A stretch of DNA of 64,000 nucleotides from Rhizophagus irregularis. Lineage: Eukaryota. A program made the position numbers and the translations under genes. The notes beneath the pieces are model-generated. The model had not been told where the DNA came from, did no database searches, and worked only from the letters and a program-made list of their open reading frames with translations. This document shows positions 39,901 to 53,266 of this stretch, in pieces (within the stretch, counting starts at the first letter, position 1; each line of letters opens with the position of its first letter). The DNA lies in NCBI RefSeq assembly GCF_026210795.1, contig NC_089429.1, positions 3,720,001-3,784,000 on the forward strand. The letters run 5' to 3'.

Positions 39901-42000
39901 TATGTTCAAAAATCGTTCGTCGTTGGCAAGTTATGGTGATTTTCACTCACAAAGTGGCTAATACATTAGTGACTGATCTATTTGTACTTTTTGTAGACAC
40001 GGAATTATACCCCTTATACAAGGCAGACGAATCCAAGCAAGATAAAATCATCCAACCAAAATAAATCCACTGATATTCAACAATTATTACGTAAACCTAC
40101 TATTGGAAGGTTTAGAAATATTGAGAGATCAATGCCTGATGTTATGAGCTGGATCCGAGAAGGAAATGATTACGATGCATCATTACCAGAAATTGCCAAC
40201 GAGACTGTTTCCGCACAGAATCGTGTAACTCAATGGCTTTCAAGTTGCGATTTTAATGATCCTAATAAGGATTTAAAAAATAAAAATAAATATGAGAATA
40301 TTGAAGTAATTGACTTAACTCAAGATTCGGACTTGTCAACACCAGAAACAGGAAAATCCGTTGTTGATAATGAGACAACTTCTCCATTTTTCAGGAATAA
40401 GTCTAAATCTTCTGCTGAACAAAATAACGCAATGTACTTCTCGAATTCATTTTCAGCAACAAGATCAATTGATGATTTCTTGGTATTACGAGGAAAATTA
40501 TCACCAAATAAACGACGAGAGATCAATCAAAGTAACGGTATGATTTACTTACTATTATATTTCGAATTCATGAAAAAATAAATAAAGATATATATATATA
40601 TATATATTAATAAAAAAAGATACATTACTTATATTAATTATATTAATTATAAATAAAATTACAAAAAAATGTTATTTACATTTTGAATAATAAAACGAAT
40701 GATCGGTCTAACTTGCAGCTTCACCTTCAAGTACTCGTACGAATTCTGTCATGAAGAATAAAGTGCCAATTGTGAACAAGAATTCTTTTAGTAATTATGA
40801 TATACTTCATAGACCATTTATGCACATACAGTATATGTATTTACGCTATTGAATCTTTTTATTTAGTTACTATTGGCAAGTCCATAATTGAAAAACTTCC
40901 AACGCCTGTTGTACCTCATAAATATATTGTTTCGATACGCATGTTTCCAAATCGTAAACTTTTAACTGCGTTGAAAAGTGAAGAATGCAAAGTTGAGCTT
41001 ATTGAAAGAGATTTCGAATATTTGAGAGTGAGCATTTAAATAATAAAAAAATTGGTTTACATAATATACCGTATGTCGTAATATAATTTTTTATATATAT
41101 AAGCCCTTTCTTTCTGAAGAAAATTCCGATACTATTCATGTGGAAGTAGATTTCATTATAGATGAGCGAACAGGAGTCATATTTTATCCACTAAATATGC
41201 TTTCTCAGGATCAGTCGATATTGAAACTTGTGCAGACAATACTCCGTCTACATTTAAAGTACTCAAATTTATATTTAATACTAGAAACGTATACATGGAA
41301 TAATCGGTGTACAAGCAGTAACAAGGAATATATTATAACCTCATATCCTTTCACTTTACCTGTATTAAGATCAATTTCTGAATTAAAATTGATATTAACT
41401 TGTTGTAATTGTGATGCAAAAATAATGTATTCATTATGCGAGGAAATGTCTGCTAAATTATTGAGAATGGTAGGAGATGCTTGCGCAACGAAATGTGATA
41501 TAGAAGGGGCGACTCGAGTAGGAAATCATGGATGGAAAGATCATAAGCAATGGGCGGAAAGAAATTGGATGACCATAGAAGAAAGTTTGGTGAGTACTAA
41601 ATATGGCCTTTTTTGATAATCAAAACTTTGTAATTATAGATCTAACCAAACGATTTAACAGCATGAAAGATTTTTATCATGCTTTAGTCCTCTTATAAAC
41701 CCATTTACAGCACAAATAATTTTAACAGCCACAACCTTGATACAATTTTTTCAAATGTCTCATATGGAACGATGTGCCTTGGTTGGAGGATGGGTTGACG
41801 AAATACGATTGGCAAGTGATGATTTGTTGATATCACCATAAGTTTTTATTTTGAATCATTAAATTAATTAAAGGTTGAATTATATTTAGGAAAAGTTTGA
41901 TGAAATAATTCATGAAATTCTTTTAAACGACTCTAATAATGATACTACTGTAGAACAATTATTCAAAAGTGAGATCCCAATTATTGTGATTGATGATTGA
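36949..42000 (+). CDS. SHOC1: SHOC1/Zip2/MZIP2-like meiotic protein with C-terminal XPF-like and HhH-like region, multi-exon
   Basis: ORF fragments join through GT/GC-AG introns from MSITKGIGEEN to ...IVIDD*. The C-terminus VELIERDF...DFIIDERTGVIF...ILRLHLKYSNLYLILE...ERFLSCFSPLINPFTAQIIL resembles the SHOC1 XPF-like domain (recognised by eye, not searched). Some internal splice sites are uncertain. Confidence 0.7.
38540..38820. repeat. 15-16-bp ACGTCAC minisatellite inside a 570-nt intron
   Basis: AAACGTCACTCTAGT / AATACGTCACT(A/T)TAGC repeated about 15 times in intron 38258-38827. Confidence 0.88.
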
Positions 42001-42097
42001 ATATTAAAACAATGATAATACAGTATATTGTATTGTTGTTATATATAGCAGCTTACTTACCATTAATACTAAGTATTATTTATTGAAAGTTGTTAAT

Positions 42098-42969
42098 TAA
42101 TCTTAAAAAAAAATTTGCGTTTTTTTTAGAAGTTTTAATTTGATTGATTTTTTTATTATAATTATAATATTATTTATAATATTATTTATCAAAAAAAAAA
42201 AAAAACGCATAAAAGATCCTTTTTTTTCTAATTAAAAAGTATCTTTCAATCAAAAAATTGGAATTAAATTAGCGATCTAAATTAAAATTTTATTAGTTCG
42301 AATGAACACTAATTAATTTAATATGATAAGTGAAATTTTTTTATATTGATCTAATTAATCGTAAAATTTTTCATGCATGAATGAGATCAAATTATAGTTT
42401 CATAGTAAGTTATATTTTTTTTTTAAAAGAAAAAAAAAAATTGGCAAAACATTAAACAAAAAAAAAAATTTCAATTTCTATTGGAATTATTTCGTCAAAG
42501 AAAAAAAAAGAGTTATACCGAATATGACGATCGCGCCTTCGCGCGTTTCGCAAAGTTTGCCGTAATCTAATCTTAAAAAAAAAAAAAATTGCGTTTTTTT
42601 AGAAGTTTAAATTTGGTTTATTTTTTTTTTATTATTATATAATATGTTATTTATAATATTATTTATCAAATAAAAAAAAAACGCATAAAAGATCCTTTTT
42701 TTTCTAATTAAAAAGTATCTTTCAATCAAAAAATTGGAATTAAATTACTGATCTAAATTAAAATTTTATTGATCTAATTAATCGTAAATTTTATGCATGA
42801 ATGAGATCAAATTATAGCTTCATAGTAAGTTATTTTTTTTAAAAAAAAAAAATTGGCAAAACATTAAACAAAAAAAAAAATTTCAATTTCTATTGGAATT
42901 ATTTCGTCAAAGAAAAAAAAGTTATACCAAATATGACGATCGTGCGTTTCGCAAAGTTTGCCGTAATCT
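42098..42969. repeat. Local tandem duplication (~470 + ~400 bp)
   Basis: TAATCTTAAAAA...TTGCGTTTTT begins at 42098 and 42568. Both copies end in GTTTCGCAAAGTTTGCCGTAATC. Confidence 0.88.
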
Positions 42970-44932
42970 AATCGTGCATTTTCATTAATCATCATTCTAA
43001 GCATAACGGATAATTTTCAAATGATAGTAATATCAAATGTGTTTATTGATGAGTAATTCTTCACCAATAAACGATGTATCTAGTAAAATAAGGTTTTTAC
43101 GCACATGTGGCGCACTTGTCAGATGGTGCTTCTTTTATTCCTTTGATAAAGTTCTGAAAGATTTAATCGGAATTCTAATAAAGTTTATACCAAATCAAAT
43201 CAAAAAGAAAGAAAATGATGTAATAAGTAAAAAAAACGTAAAGAAATCAAAAAAGTAGACAACAATTAAACAAAGAAAAATAAAAATAAAAATAAAACAA
43301 AAAAGCGGAATAAAATATAAAATAAAAAAAATAAAAATAAAAATAAAATAAAATAAATAATAGATAAAATAAGATAAATTCAAAAAAAAATTATATATAT
43401 ATAGTAAGTAATATAAAATAATCAATATATATATATGTTCTGTATGTATGTATGTACAATATATTTCGTAATAGTAACATAATAATAATAATTATTATTG
43501 AAAATTTTTTTTTTTTATTGTTTACATCAAAGAAATCTCAAAATAAAAAAAAACAACCATTGTTGATTTACATATTTTCGCCCTGCATTTTATTTGTTAA
43601 TTAATGTAATACATTATTTAAATTCCACGTCAAAGAAGGGAAAAGCTTATTTTCTTTTTTTTTCACTTAATTTCAAGGAGTTTGTGTGTTTCAAGAAATT
43701 TTTTTTTTTTTTTTGAAAATGGGAAAAAAGAGAATAAGTACCACATTTCTTAAAATTTTAAAAAAAATAAGTAACGCACTTTTTAACATTTGTAAGCATC
43801 AATAACCTCAATAACATCAATTAAAGGAGCAATTGTTTCTGTTCAAGAGAAAAAAAAAAAATTTTTTTTCCGAATAAAAGGATTTCTTATGCATATAGGA
43901 TTGTGAAACATAACAATGGGTGCATGATAAACATGATAACACTAATTGTTTTTTTTTTTTTAAGATTTGGATTAACCCTGATTTAGTTTTTGGGCGTGAA
44001 TTAAATAAGGAATGAATGCTATTTTCTTAACTTGGGCACGAATCAAATAATAAAAGAATATTTTAAATCGAAATGCTAAAAAAAAAAAAATTTTTAAATA
44101 ATTACGAAATCAAACACATAACGTGATGATTGATTTTTTTTTTAATAATAACAATAATTTTGTATTTGGAATTTTTTTGTTATCTTTATACAACTTTTTT
44201 TATAATATTCATTGATGTAAATGCCATCATACTATTATTGGATTATTTTGATATTTACGTTTAGTTAATCGGTAAAATTTTGTAACAAATAAAACAAAAA
44301 CATAAAAATAAATAAATAGACTCATGTTATTCTTTCGATGATTTTTTGAGAACAGTCGCGTTATCGTTAAATAAAAAAATGCTTATTAACAACGAAATGC
44401 AAAGGTATGTACATAAATTAAACTTGTAAGATAAACATTCGCGGAAAACTTCCTTTTTGTTATTGATTTGTAACCTCGGAAATCTCATTTCTGGCACGGA
44501 GAAGATTTCTATTGTAATATAAAAATGGCTAGAATTTCCATAGATCAGAACAATCGAAAAAATTCTTCGTGTCCTTTCTTTTAAAGAAAGTGGCCACACT
44601 AAAAATTTTTTTTTTTATGTTGTTATGATCTTTTAATGTGTAGTAAGTGAATTAACTGTAACAAAATAATAATAATAATAATAATAATAATTTTATTAAT
44701 ATTAATTATCGATCGGCAAAGAATTCACAAAAGTGTGGTACTTTAAAAAAAAAAAAAATTATATATAAACTGGTCTTTTTTTCTTTCCAAGAAGATCAAC
44801 TTAAGCTGAACTGTTTTATATCATCAAAAAAAAACAGGATTTTAACGTTTTTTTATGTTAATAAATATACTTTTCTTTCGATTTTTTTTTTTTTTTTATA
44901 CACAAAACACATCCATAAACGAAAATTTAGTA

Positions 44933-46054
44933 ATGCCGCAATATAAATCGAAAGACAATCAAAGTACTTACCCACGTCGCTGTGAAAAGAAATTAGTCAC
45001 CGGTAAAGTTGTCAATGCGACTCTTGACTCTTCACGAGGAATAAATCGTTGTTTCGTAACCGTAAGCTTGAACGATGGTGCAAAGTTAGACTTTCCTGTG
45101 CCTACGACACAAGAGATTAGGGATCGTTTCTTCTATAAGAAGGCCAAAACACAACCTGAAAAACCTGCACGACCTCCAAATAAATTTTTTATTTTTCGTA
45201 CCATGTTCCAAGGGGCTATTGATGATTTTAAACTTCAAGTTCCTATTGTGTCTGGTCTTGCTAGTGAAGTTTGGAAAAAGTGCAGTCCGGAAGTTGTCGA
45301 ATTATTTACAAAACTTTCACAAATCGCGAAAAGTGAACATGGTGAAATTAATCCGGGTTACGTTTATAAACCAAATAGAAGTAAATCTCGTATTACGAAA
45401 AATAAAGCTAATTCACTTCAAGAAAAATCTTATCAAGATTTAAATGATTCATCAAGTCCCACTTTAAATGATTTATCGACCGCTCCCTTATGGACTGCAG
45501 ATCATTTATATCCAATTCCTTCGCAAGCAAATTTCAATCATGATGATAATTCGTTTACAATAGTAGAAGATTCGATTACAACAGCACAAGACATTCAAGC
45601 AATTTCCTCACATTATGATTACCTTAGCGCTATCGATCCATCGGTTCATGATATTACTTCAACACTTGATACTTTTAATGACAATGATTCTTATCAACAA
45701 TTTCTTCAATATCCGACTCCAATATATTATCCAAATAATGACTTATCGATGGATCAATTCGATATCGTACCTAATATTCCTTATGTTCAGGATGTGAATA
45801 CTTTGATGCAACAAAGTCTACAAAATCTAACTTCAATTCCACATCATCATATACATTACCTTCCGACCACAATTGACCACGTGAATGATGATTATAATAA
45901 AATTATTTTCAATTCACCTATCAGCGAGAGCGAAGATATGGCTCTATCATCATCAGACATATCATCTTTTCGAATGGAACAATTAAAAGAATCAGGCTGC
46001 ATTGATTATTCTCCTAATGATTATACGTTCTTTCAAAATCTTACAATTGTATGA
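44933..46054 (+). CDS. MATA-HMG-box transcription factor
   Basis: KPARPPNKFFIFRT...VSGLASEVWKKCSPEVVELFTKLSQIAKSEHGEINPGYVYKP is a MATA/SOX-type HMG box, followed by an acidic S/D/Q-rich tail. The start is taken at MPQYK; the ORF is open from 44855. Confidence 0.9.
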   Translation: MPQYKSKDNQSTYPRRCEKKLVTGKVVNATLDSSRGINRCFVTVSLNDGAKLDFPVPTTQEIRDRFFYKKAKTQPEKPARPPNKFFIFRTMFQGAIDDFKLQVPIVSGLASEVWKKCSPEVVELFTKLSQIAKSEHGEINPGYVYKPNRSKSRITKNKANSLQEKSYQDLNDSSSPTLNDLSTAPLWTADHLYPIPSQANFNHDDNSFTIVEDSITTAQDIQAISSHYDYLSAIDPSVHDITSTLDTFNDNDSYQQFLQYPTPIYYPNNDLSMDQFDIVPNIPYVQDVNTLMQQSLQNLTSIPHHHIHYLPTTIDHVNDDYNKIIFNSPISESEDMALSSSDISSFRMEQLKESGCIDYSPNDYTFFQNLTIV

Positions 46055-47637
46055 AGATCGAGAGATTAAAAATATTTAATTATTTTTTAATTATTTTATG
46101 ATTAATTGAAATTTTTAAAGATTATTTTTTTTTTTATTTATGCTTATGGTTTTACTCATTAAGTTATGCTTCATTCGTTTTTTAAGTTAATTTTTTTTAA
46201 GCGTGGAAATTTTTTCGTTTTTTTTTCTTTTCGATTTTTATTATGTATGTAGATGTACTTTTAAGAAATGTTTTTTTTTTTTCGGAGTATTTAATTGAAC
46301 ATTAATATTTAAGATCAATTATTAAGATTTATATAAGTACTTTTTTATTACAATAATTACAATAGAATTTTACAACACAGCATTATGCATACATATCATG
46401 CGTCAGTAATTATTAAGTTTGTGCATTACTGCGGTTCATTAGGCTTATCAAAAAAAAATTCATATGATTAATTATGATGATCTTATGCGATTTTTAATCC
46501 TGTTATTGTTAAAAAAAAAAAAAAAATTAAAAATTAAAAATAAAAAAAAATTCAATTTTCTTTTTTTTCTTTTTCTAGATTATTATGATTATTATTATTA
46601 TTATTATTATTGATCAAAGTTGCATAAGAATAAGGAATTATTTGACAGAAATCTCGAAATCTCTATTAATTTCTTATCTTTTATTAACCACTCGTATCAC
46701 CGCAGATTAAAAGTAACATGAGATGTGATTTACCTTTATTGCCATTATTGTTAATTATTAAACATAAAAATGTAATTTCACAAAGCGATCGTTATTATAA
46801 ACTTTCTCCCTAAAAGTTTATTTTTAAAAAACAAGAAGGAAAAAATAAAATAAAAACAAGTAAGAAAATTTTTACCCATGTAAAAAAGAGATGAACACCA
46901 TTTATTATTAAAACAAATTGAACTTTGGTAGTGAATACAAAACAATAAAATATAATTATTATTAATATTAACGCATATACAGTATATCGATATGTATTTT
47001 TTAAAAAAAGGGGAACAGGACAGGTTATCTTTAATCTTTTCAGTCTAAAATTATTTTAAACTTTTTGATAGAAAATCGAAAGAAATCTAATATATATAAT
47101 ACTTTTGCTTTCTTAATAATTTAGGTTATCGTTTGAAAGTATTTTCATTTCTCTGTACATGTACATCTTCTTGATAAGAAATCTTTTTCCATAATAAGAG
47201 GGGAGATAGGTTATTCCATTAATAAGAATAAAACTTAATTTAAGAATAGCGGAGAGAAGGTTGTTCGGAAGTCGGAACCAAGTATTTATAGTTTTTCGGA
47301 ACACGGACCAGAAGATCAGAATCGGTAGATCATATTATTGAAATCGGGTAGTTTCGTACGGAAAAGTAAATCACATCCTTAAAGGTTTCGTTTATTATCT
47401 TATCAAGTGATTTACGATAAAATATCAAAAATATTTTTAACTAACGCTTTTTCTTTTTTTTAAAAAAAAAACTTTTTCAGGGAGAAAGTCATACTTTTTC
47501 TTTTGCATTTTTGCTTTTTTTTTGTTTTTTTTTTTAAAAAAAAAACGGTGTTTATAAGAGGTAACGAATTTTATAATTCGTGACTTCTTATAACACTGAT
47601 TTATTATTTTTTAATATTAATTTTAATGATTTAAAAA

Positions 47638-49736
47638 ATGTTTCTCCCTGCAGAAATACTTCAAGAAATTTTTAACTATCTGGATATAGGTCATGGTGGA
47701 TTAAGTTCATTATCTTCATGTCTTCTTGTGGACCAACATTGGTGTTCAAATACAGTTGGAATTCTTTGGTCGAAACCATTTTATTATTCGAATACCTTTA
47801 CAAAAAATCCAAGTTCTTATAAAATAATTGATACATATTTAGCATGTTTAGACGAAGAAACCAGGGAAGACTTGAGAAATAATGGAGTTAATTTACCTGT
47901 TATCTTTAATAAACCATTTTTCAGTTATGAAATGTATCATAAACACCTTCATTATCGTACATTCATTTCATGCGTGTATCTATGGGTACAAGAAAAAAGT
48001 GCCCCTAATGATGATAATTTATTTGAACTCATAATGAAAACCTTATTAAAATTATTTAATGAATCATGTAATAATTTACAAAGAACATTATACATTATGA
48101 CAGAACTTAATCCAATGTTTTATGTTCAATCTGTACAAGGATATTTGATTTCAAACGTAAACAGGATATGGGTTGATTTACATATGCCTCGATTTTTTGA
48201 TCTCCTTGCAAAGAATTGTAAAAGAGTGGTTAGTAATTTAAATTATAAAACATTTATTAATTTTTAATAATTGGATATATTCTTTCTTTCTTTTTTTTTT
48301 TTTAGGAACAATTTGGCGTTTTTATGAAAGATGTAGGGAGATTTAATGAAATTGGATCTATTGATGTGGCAAAATTTATAACAGAACAAGAAGCATTACA
48401 ATCATTTCAAAGCATATATCTTACTTCAACACAAGATGTTATTGATGCTTTAAAATCTCAAGCACATTCTTTAAAATGTGTCGATTTTATTTGTACAAAT
48501 TTTCAAGGTTGTTATTCATTAGATGGATTGGCCGCTTGTAATAATCTTGAAATATTAAGATTTAAGAAATGTTACAACATAACAGCAGATATTGTTTCAC
48601 CACTTTTTGAGGCATCATTTCCAAAATTAATTGATTTATCAGTGATCGAAACTGATTGTGACGTTCTTCAGAGATGGGCGGAGAGTTATTATTTAGTATC
48701 TGATGATGGATTTCAAGATGAAAGAATTGAATTTGATCTTACTTATATTAAAGAACTTATGTTAAATAACAAGATGTGTCATCTATGTAACGAATCTTGT
48801 ATTTATCCTTTAACTACAGCATGTGGGCATACATTCTGTAAAGAATGTATATTTTATCATTTAAGCATATACGATCAATGCCCTTTAAAACAATGCAGAA
48901 CAGAATTACCAAATACTAAATATTTTTATGAACATCCATGTGATCCGAATGATGCAATAATTTCGGAGGTGAGAAGATTAGAAGCTGAAAGTAAATTACT
49001 TGAGGAAATGCCGATTAATGATGGATATTTGGTTTTTCCTAAGATGACATATAATTTTGACGTTACAGAAACAAAGTATCGTTTACTTATTAAATCATGT
49101 TTAAATTCTCGTTATCGTAACAAATTTGGTATGTTACTTTCAAGAAGATGCGAGTACGGAACTCTTATGGAGATAAAACAAATTGATTTTATTGATGGAA
49201 GAAATATAAGATTTCAAGCTGTAGCAACAGAACGATTTAAAATATTATCAAGTGGTGGAATAAAAGATGGTTACGAAATTGCAAAAGTTCAAATTATACA
49301 TGATGAACCTGAAGATGAAGGGAAAATAATTGAGGATCATCATTCATCTGCTGTTTCAATTCATGAACCAACCACATCACAACTAATAAATATGGCACGT
49401 GAATTTATTCATCACAATGAACTGGTTTCATTGATGTTCCATATTCGTCATATTCGTAATCTAGCAACTTCTTTAGGTGAAATTCCGGAAAATGCGGCCG
49501 ATTTTTCATTTTATGCGGCTTTACTTTTACCCATTAATGATGAGGAAAAATATGAACTTTTGGAGATACGATCTGCAAAAGGACGTATGAAAATGGTGGT
49601 TAATTGGATTGATGATTTGAAGTCTCAGTGGGGGGCCAGTATATTAATAAAAGATTTCTTAAATTTTTATGCTTTATGTTCTTGGATTATAACTTTTATT
49701 CGAAATCTTTATCTTAATTATTTCTTATTTCGATAA
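47638..49736 (+). CDS. F-box/LRR-like + C3HC4 RING + LON N-terminal-domain protein
   Basis: N-terminal LPAEILQEIFNYL...SCLLVDQHW (F-box). A phase-0 intron 48229-48305 joins the two ORFs. CHLC...CGHTFCKEC...CP is a RING, and LVFPKM...ETKYRLLIK...EYGTLMEI...EEKYELLE is LONRF-like. A further 3' intron is possible. Confidence 0.85.
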
Positions 49737-50451
49737 TTAAGTAAATAATTAATAATTAATAATTAATAATTTTTATAAAGAAAAAAAGTTATGATTTTTT
49801 ATTTTTTTTATTATTATTATATTTTTTAACAGTTAAAATTAATAACATTAAGATTTTAAATTTAAGAATAACATGGTCAAGCTTTTGGCGTGAACTATAT
49901 ATATATATATATAATTTATATAATTGTATTTGTAGTATTTTTTTTATATTTATTTTTGTATCCAACCTTTATTTTATAACAACATTGTAACATAATAAAT
50001 TAAATATTTTTAAAGTTATTAAGAAAAATAAAATTTGTGTATAAATGATTTTTTTTTTTTTTCGCATTTTCGTTGGTTAAAAAAAATTATTAGTTATTTG
50101 TAGGACAAAAGGGGGAACTAAATAATGGTACTGCGTCTTTTTTAAACTAAATTCGGTAATGTTAATAAATGCCTTGCAGAAATTTTCACTTGTATGCTGT
50201 TCCCAATTTTCTTTGTTTGACCATTCGCCGCCAAGATAAACACGTGATATAAAATATTTTAAAGTTTTTTTCCTAAAGTTGATAATTATATAACATACAG
50301 AGAGCGGAATAAAAATTCCACGAATGATATAATAATAATTTTAATGCCATAATTAGTAATTGTATGATTATTGTGTGAGAATTTTTTTTTTGAATGCGAC
50401 TAATAAAGGTTATTATAATATCAATTAAAGCATAATGACAAAAAAAAAAAT

Positions 50452-50482
<31 letters not shown>

Positions 50483-51029
50483 AAAATGGTTATATGAAAA
50501 AATAAAAAAAAGATTTTTTTACAAAAAAAAGAAAAAAAAAGGTAAAAGTAAAAAAAGAAAAATAATGAAGAAAAAAAAATTTATTTTTAACAAATTTTTT
50601 ACAAAATTGGGATAATAATAATTAATTTTACATTCATTAGTCATGACAATTATTATTGTACGTATTTTATCTTTCATCAATGTTTTTAGCAATAAGAATA
50701 AAAACGTATTTGAGAGTAAAATTGGTTGTAAAAAGCTGCATAATCAAAATTAAAGAATTCCGAAAAAGCATAATTTGAATGTTCTCGACAACTGTGGTAC
50801 TTTAAAAATTCGTAAGTAATGTACACAAATAAAAAAAATAATAAAAAAAAAATTTGTGTCCCTACTAATACAATTTGGACATGATTTACCACATTTTGTA
50901 ATATTTATATAAGGATGAATCTTTCGAATAAAAAAAAAAAGTTTCAGAATACGCCACCTGTTATTTTTTTTTTAGTTTGAAAAAAAAAAGAAATTTTTTT
51001 TTTTTAGAGATTTTAAATAATAAAATAAA

Positions 51030-52809
51030 ATGCCTCACAGAAGAAATTATAGAGATCGATCAAGAATATCACGGCAAGATGTAATTATCCAGTTACATAA
51101 GAGAAATGATTCAAATAGAAGAAGAATAGAAAATTCCTCAGAAAGTGTCGAATTTACCTGTTTATTATTTATAATTATAATTATTGTAATTATATTTTTA
51201 GTGGATTATATATCAAGGGTAAAAATTATTATTTTTTTTTATTAGTATATTTGACGAAGAAGAAAAAATTTATATTTTTATACGAGGAATGGCAAAATTG
51301 AGAAAATTGAGAAAATTGGGAATTGGGAAAATTGTGATATATTGGTTACTAACTTTTTTTTTTTTTATGATTTTTTTAATAGGGTGGCAATAATCTTCGG
51401 CAAAACAGTGAATTTGTGGTATGCATTAAATACATAAAATAAATTAATAATAATAAATATTAATATATATTTTTTTTATTTTTTTTTATTTTATTCATTT
51501 TATTTTATTTTATTATTTTTATTATTTTTTTTAAAAAAAAAATTAAAATTTTTTTTAAACATTTTTTTTAAAAAAAAAGCTATCGCCACAGGCTCATTCA
51601 TTTTGCGTCAATGAATTTATAAATTCCGTCGAAATACTGGGGAATAAAATTGTTTCAATGGATTTTTTAACATGTAAGATTTAAACATTATTTTTTAAAA
51701 AAAAATTTATTTTTATTTTTTTATTTTTATTTTTAATTTTTATTTTTAATTTTTTTTTTTTCTCGATTTTCACGTGTTACAAAATCTAAAAAAAAAAATC
51801 AAAAAATCAAAAAAAAATCAAAAAAAAATTTCATTATAATTCTTTTTTAAAAAAAATCAAAAAAAAATTTTAATATTATAATTTTTTTTATTTTTTATTT
51901 TTTTTAGCATCTAAACGTATACCAATGTTTTATACTTATATAAGGTATTTATTACGAAATTCTGAACCATTTAGAGCTTTAGAACAGAATCTCGTAAGTA
52001 ATCACGGGGAATTTTTAAAACATTATTATACAGCTCATCGATCATATAGGGCGATTTTTTCAAAAAGTATGAAATTCTTTTCAAATTTGGAACAAAATAT
52101 AAAAAAAATACTTGATTATAATTATTATAAATCAACACCAATTATTATAAAATTAAGTGAAGATTCAATATCAATGAATAATAATACAATTTTTACAAAT
52201 TCAACATCTTCACAAAATATATTAATTAAAATTTATCATTCATTATTTTTTGGTAAAAAAATTAATTTGGATGATTCAGTTATCATTAATTCATTGAAAA
52301 TTTTAATTGATGATTTAATGGATATACAAAATGAGATTGATATATCATTAAATAGTACATCATTACTTAGAAAATATAGTGATCTTATATATTATGAAAT
52401 TAATCTCATAAAATATAAAATTGAAGATGCAATTAATTATTACGAACATCCTTTCGAATATCCATTTGCTAATTTATTATATATGATTACAAATTTTAAA
52501 AGATTCGATAATAAGGATAAGGTCGCTTATGAACAAAATTTAAACAAAATTGCTGCTTCTAAAAAAGGTTTATTAGATTTAAATTTAGAATTGGAAAATT
52601 TTTCTAAAAGTTTTTCAACCACAAGAGAATATTTCGATGCCTATCATGGATATTTAAAAGAATTATTGGAAGATATGAAAGTTATAGAGAAAAAACAATT
52701 GGATGAAGGAGAAATCAAAAGACTCGAAAAAGTTTTAATTGGTGTTAAAGAGAATCATGAAAAATGTTCAATTACTTTATCATCATTGACAGCAAAGAAA
52801 AACAATTAA
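51030..52809 (+). CDS. Hypothetical membrane-anchored helical/coiled-coil protein, multi-exon
   Basis: The first exon has a hydrophobic stretch (FTCLLFIIIIIVIIFLV). Small exons lie near 51382 and 51580, and the long last exon runs 51908-52809. The exon structure is approximate. Confidence 0.65.
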
Positions 52810-53228
52810 CCAAGGTAGATTATACAATAGAACTAGTAGATATATATATACAACATACAGTATTTAGAATGTAAATCAACGATTTCGTATATTAACGCGT
52901 CACAATATGTTACAGTAGAGCTGTATCAGTTGTATCAGTAGATCAGTAGATATTTAAATCGGCGATTTTTCAACTATTACAACTATTTACGCATTTTTTT
53001 TTTTAATATAGTAAAACACAATTAATAAACATTATAATGACCAAATAAAATAATAAATTATGGAATTAATGGAATTTTCATTGGAATTAAGTAGACTTAA
53101 TTTCAATATTTTTTTTTCTTTTTTTTTGATTGAAAGAAATTATTTTAACATCTATTTTTTTTTCATTTATAATATTTAGTTACCTCTTACCTCATAACGT
53201 TTAATTAAGAATATAAATTAGCAATTAT

Positions 53229-53266
<38 letters not shown>

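Noticed and set aside
44933..46054. Calling the HMG gene a mating-type (sexM/sexP) locus
   Set aside because: There are no flanking triose-phosphate transporter/RNA helicase or homeodomain genes in the window, and MATA-HMG genes are highly multicopy in this fungal group.
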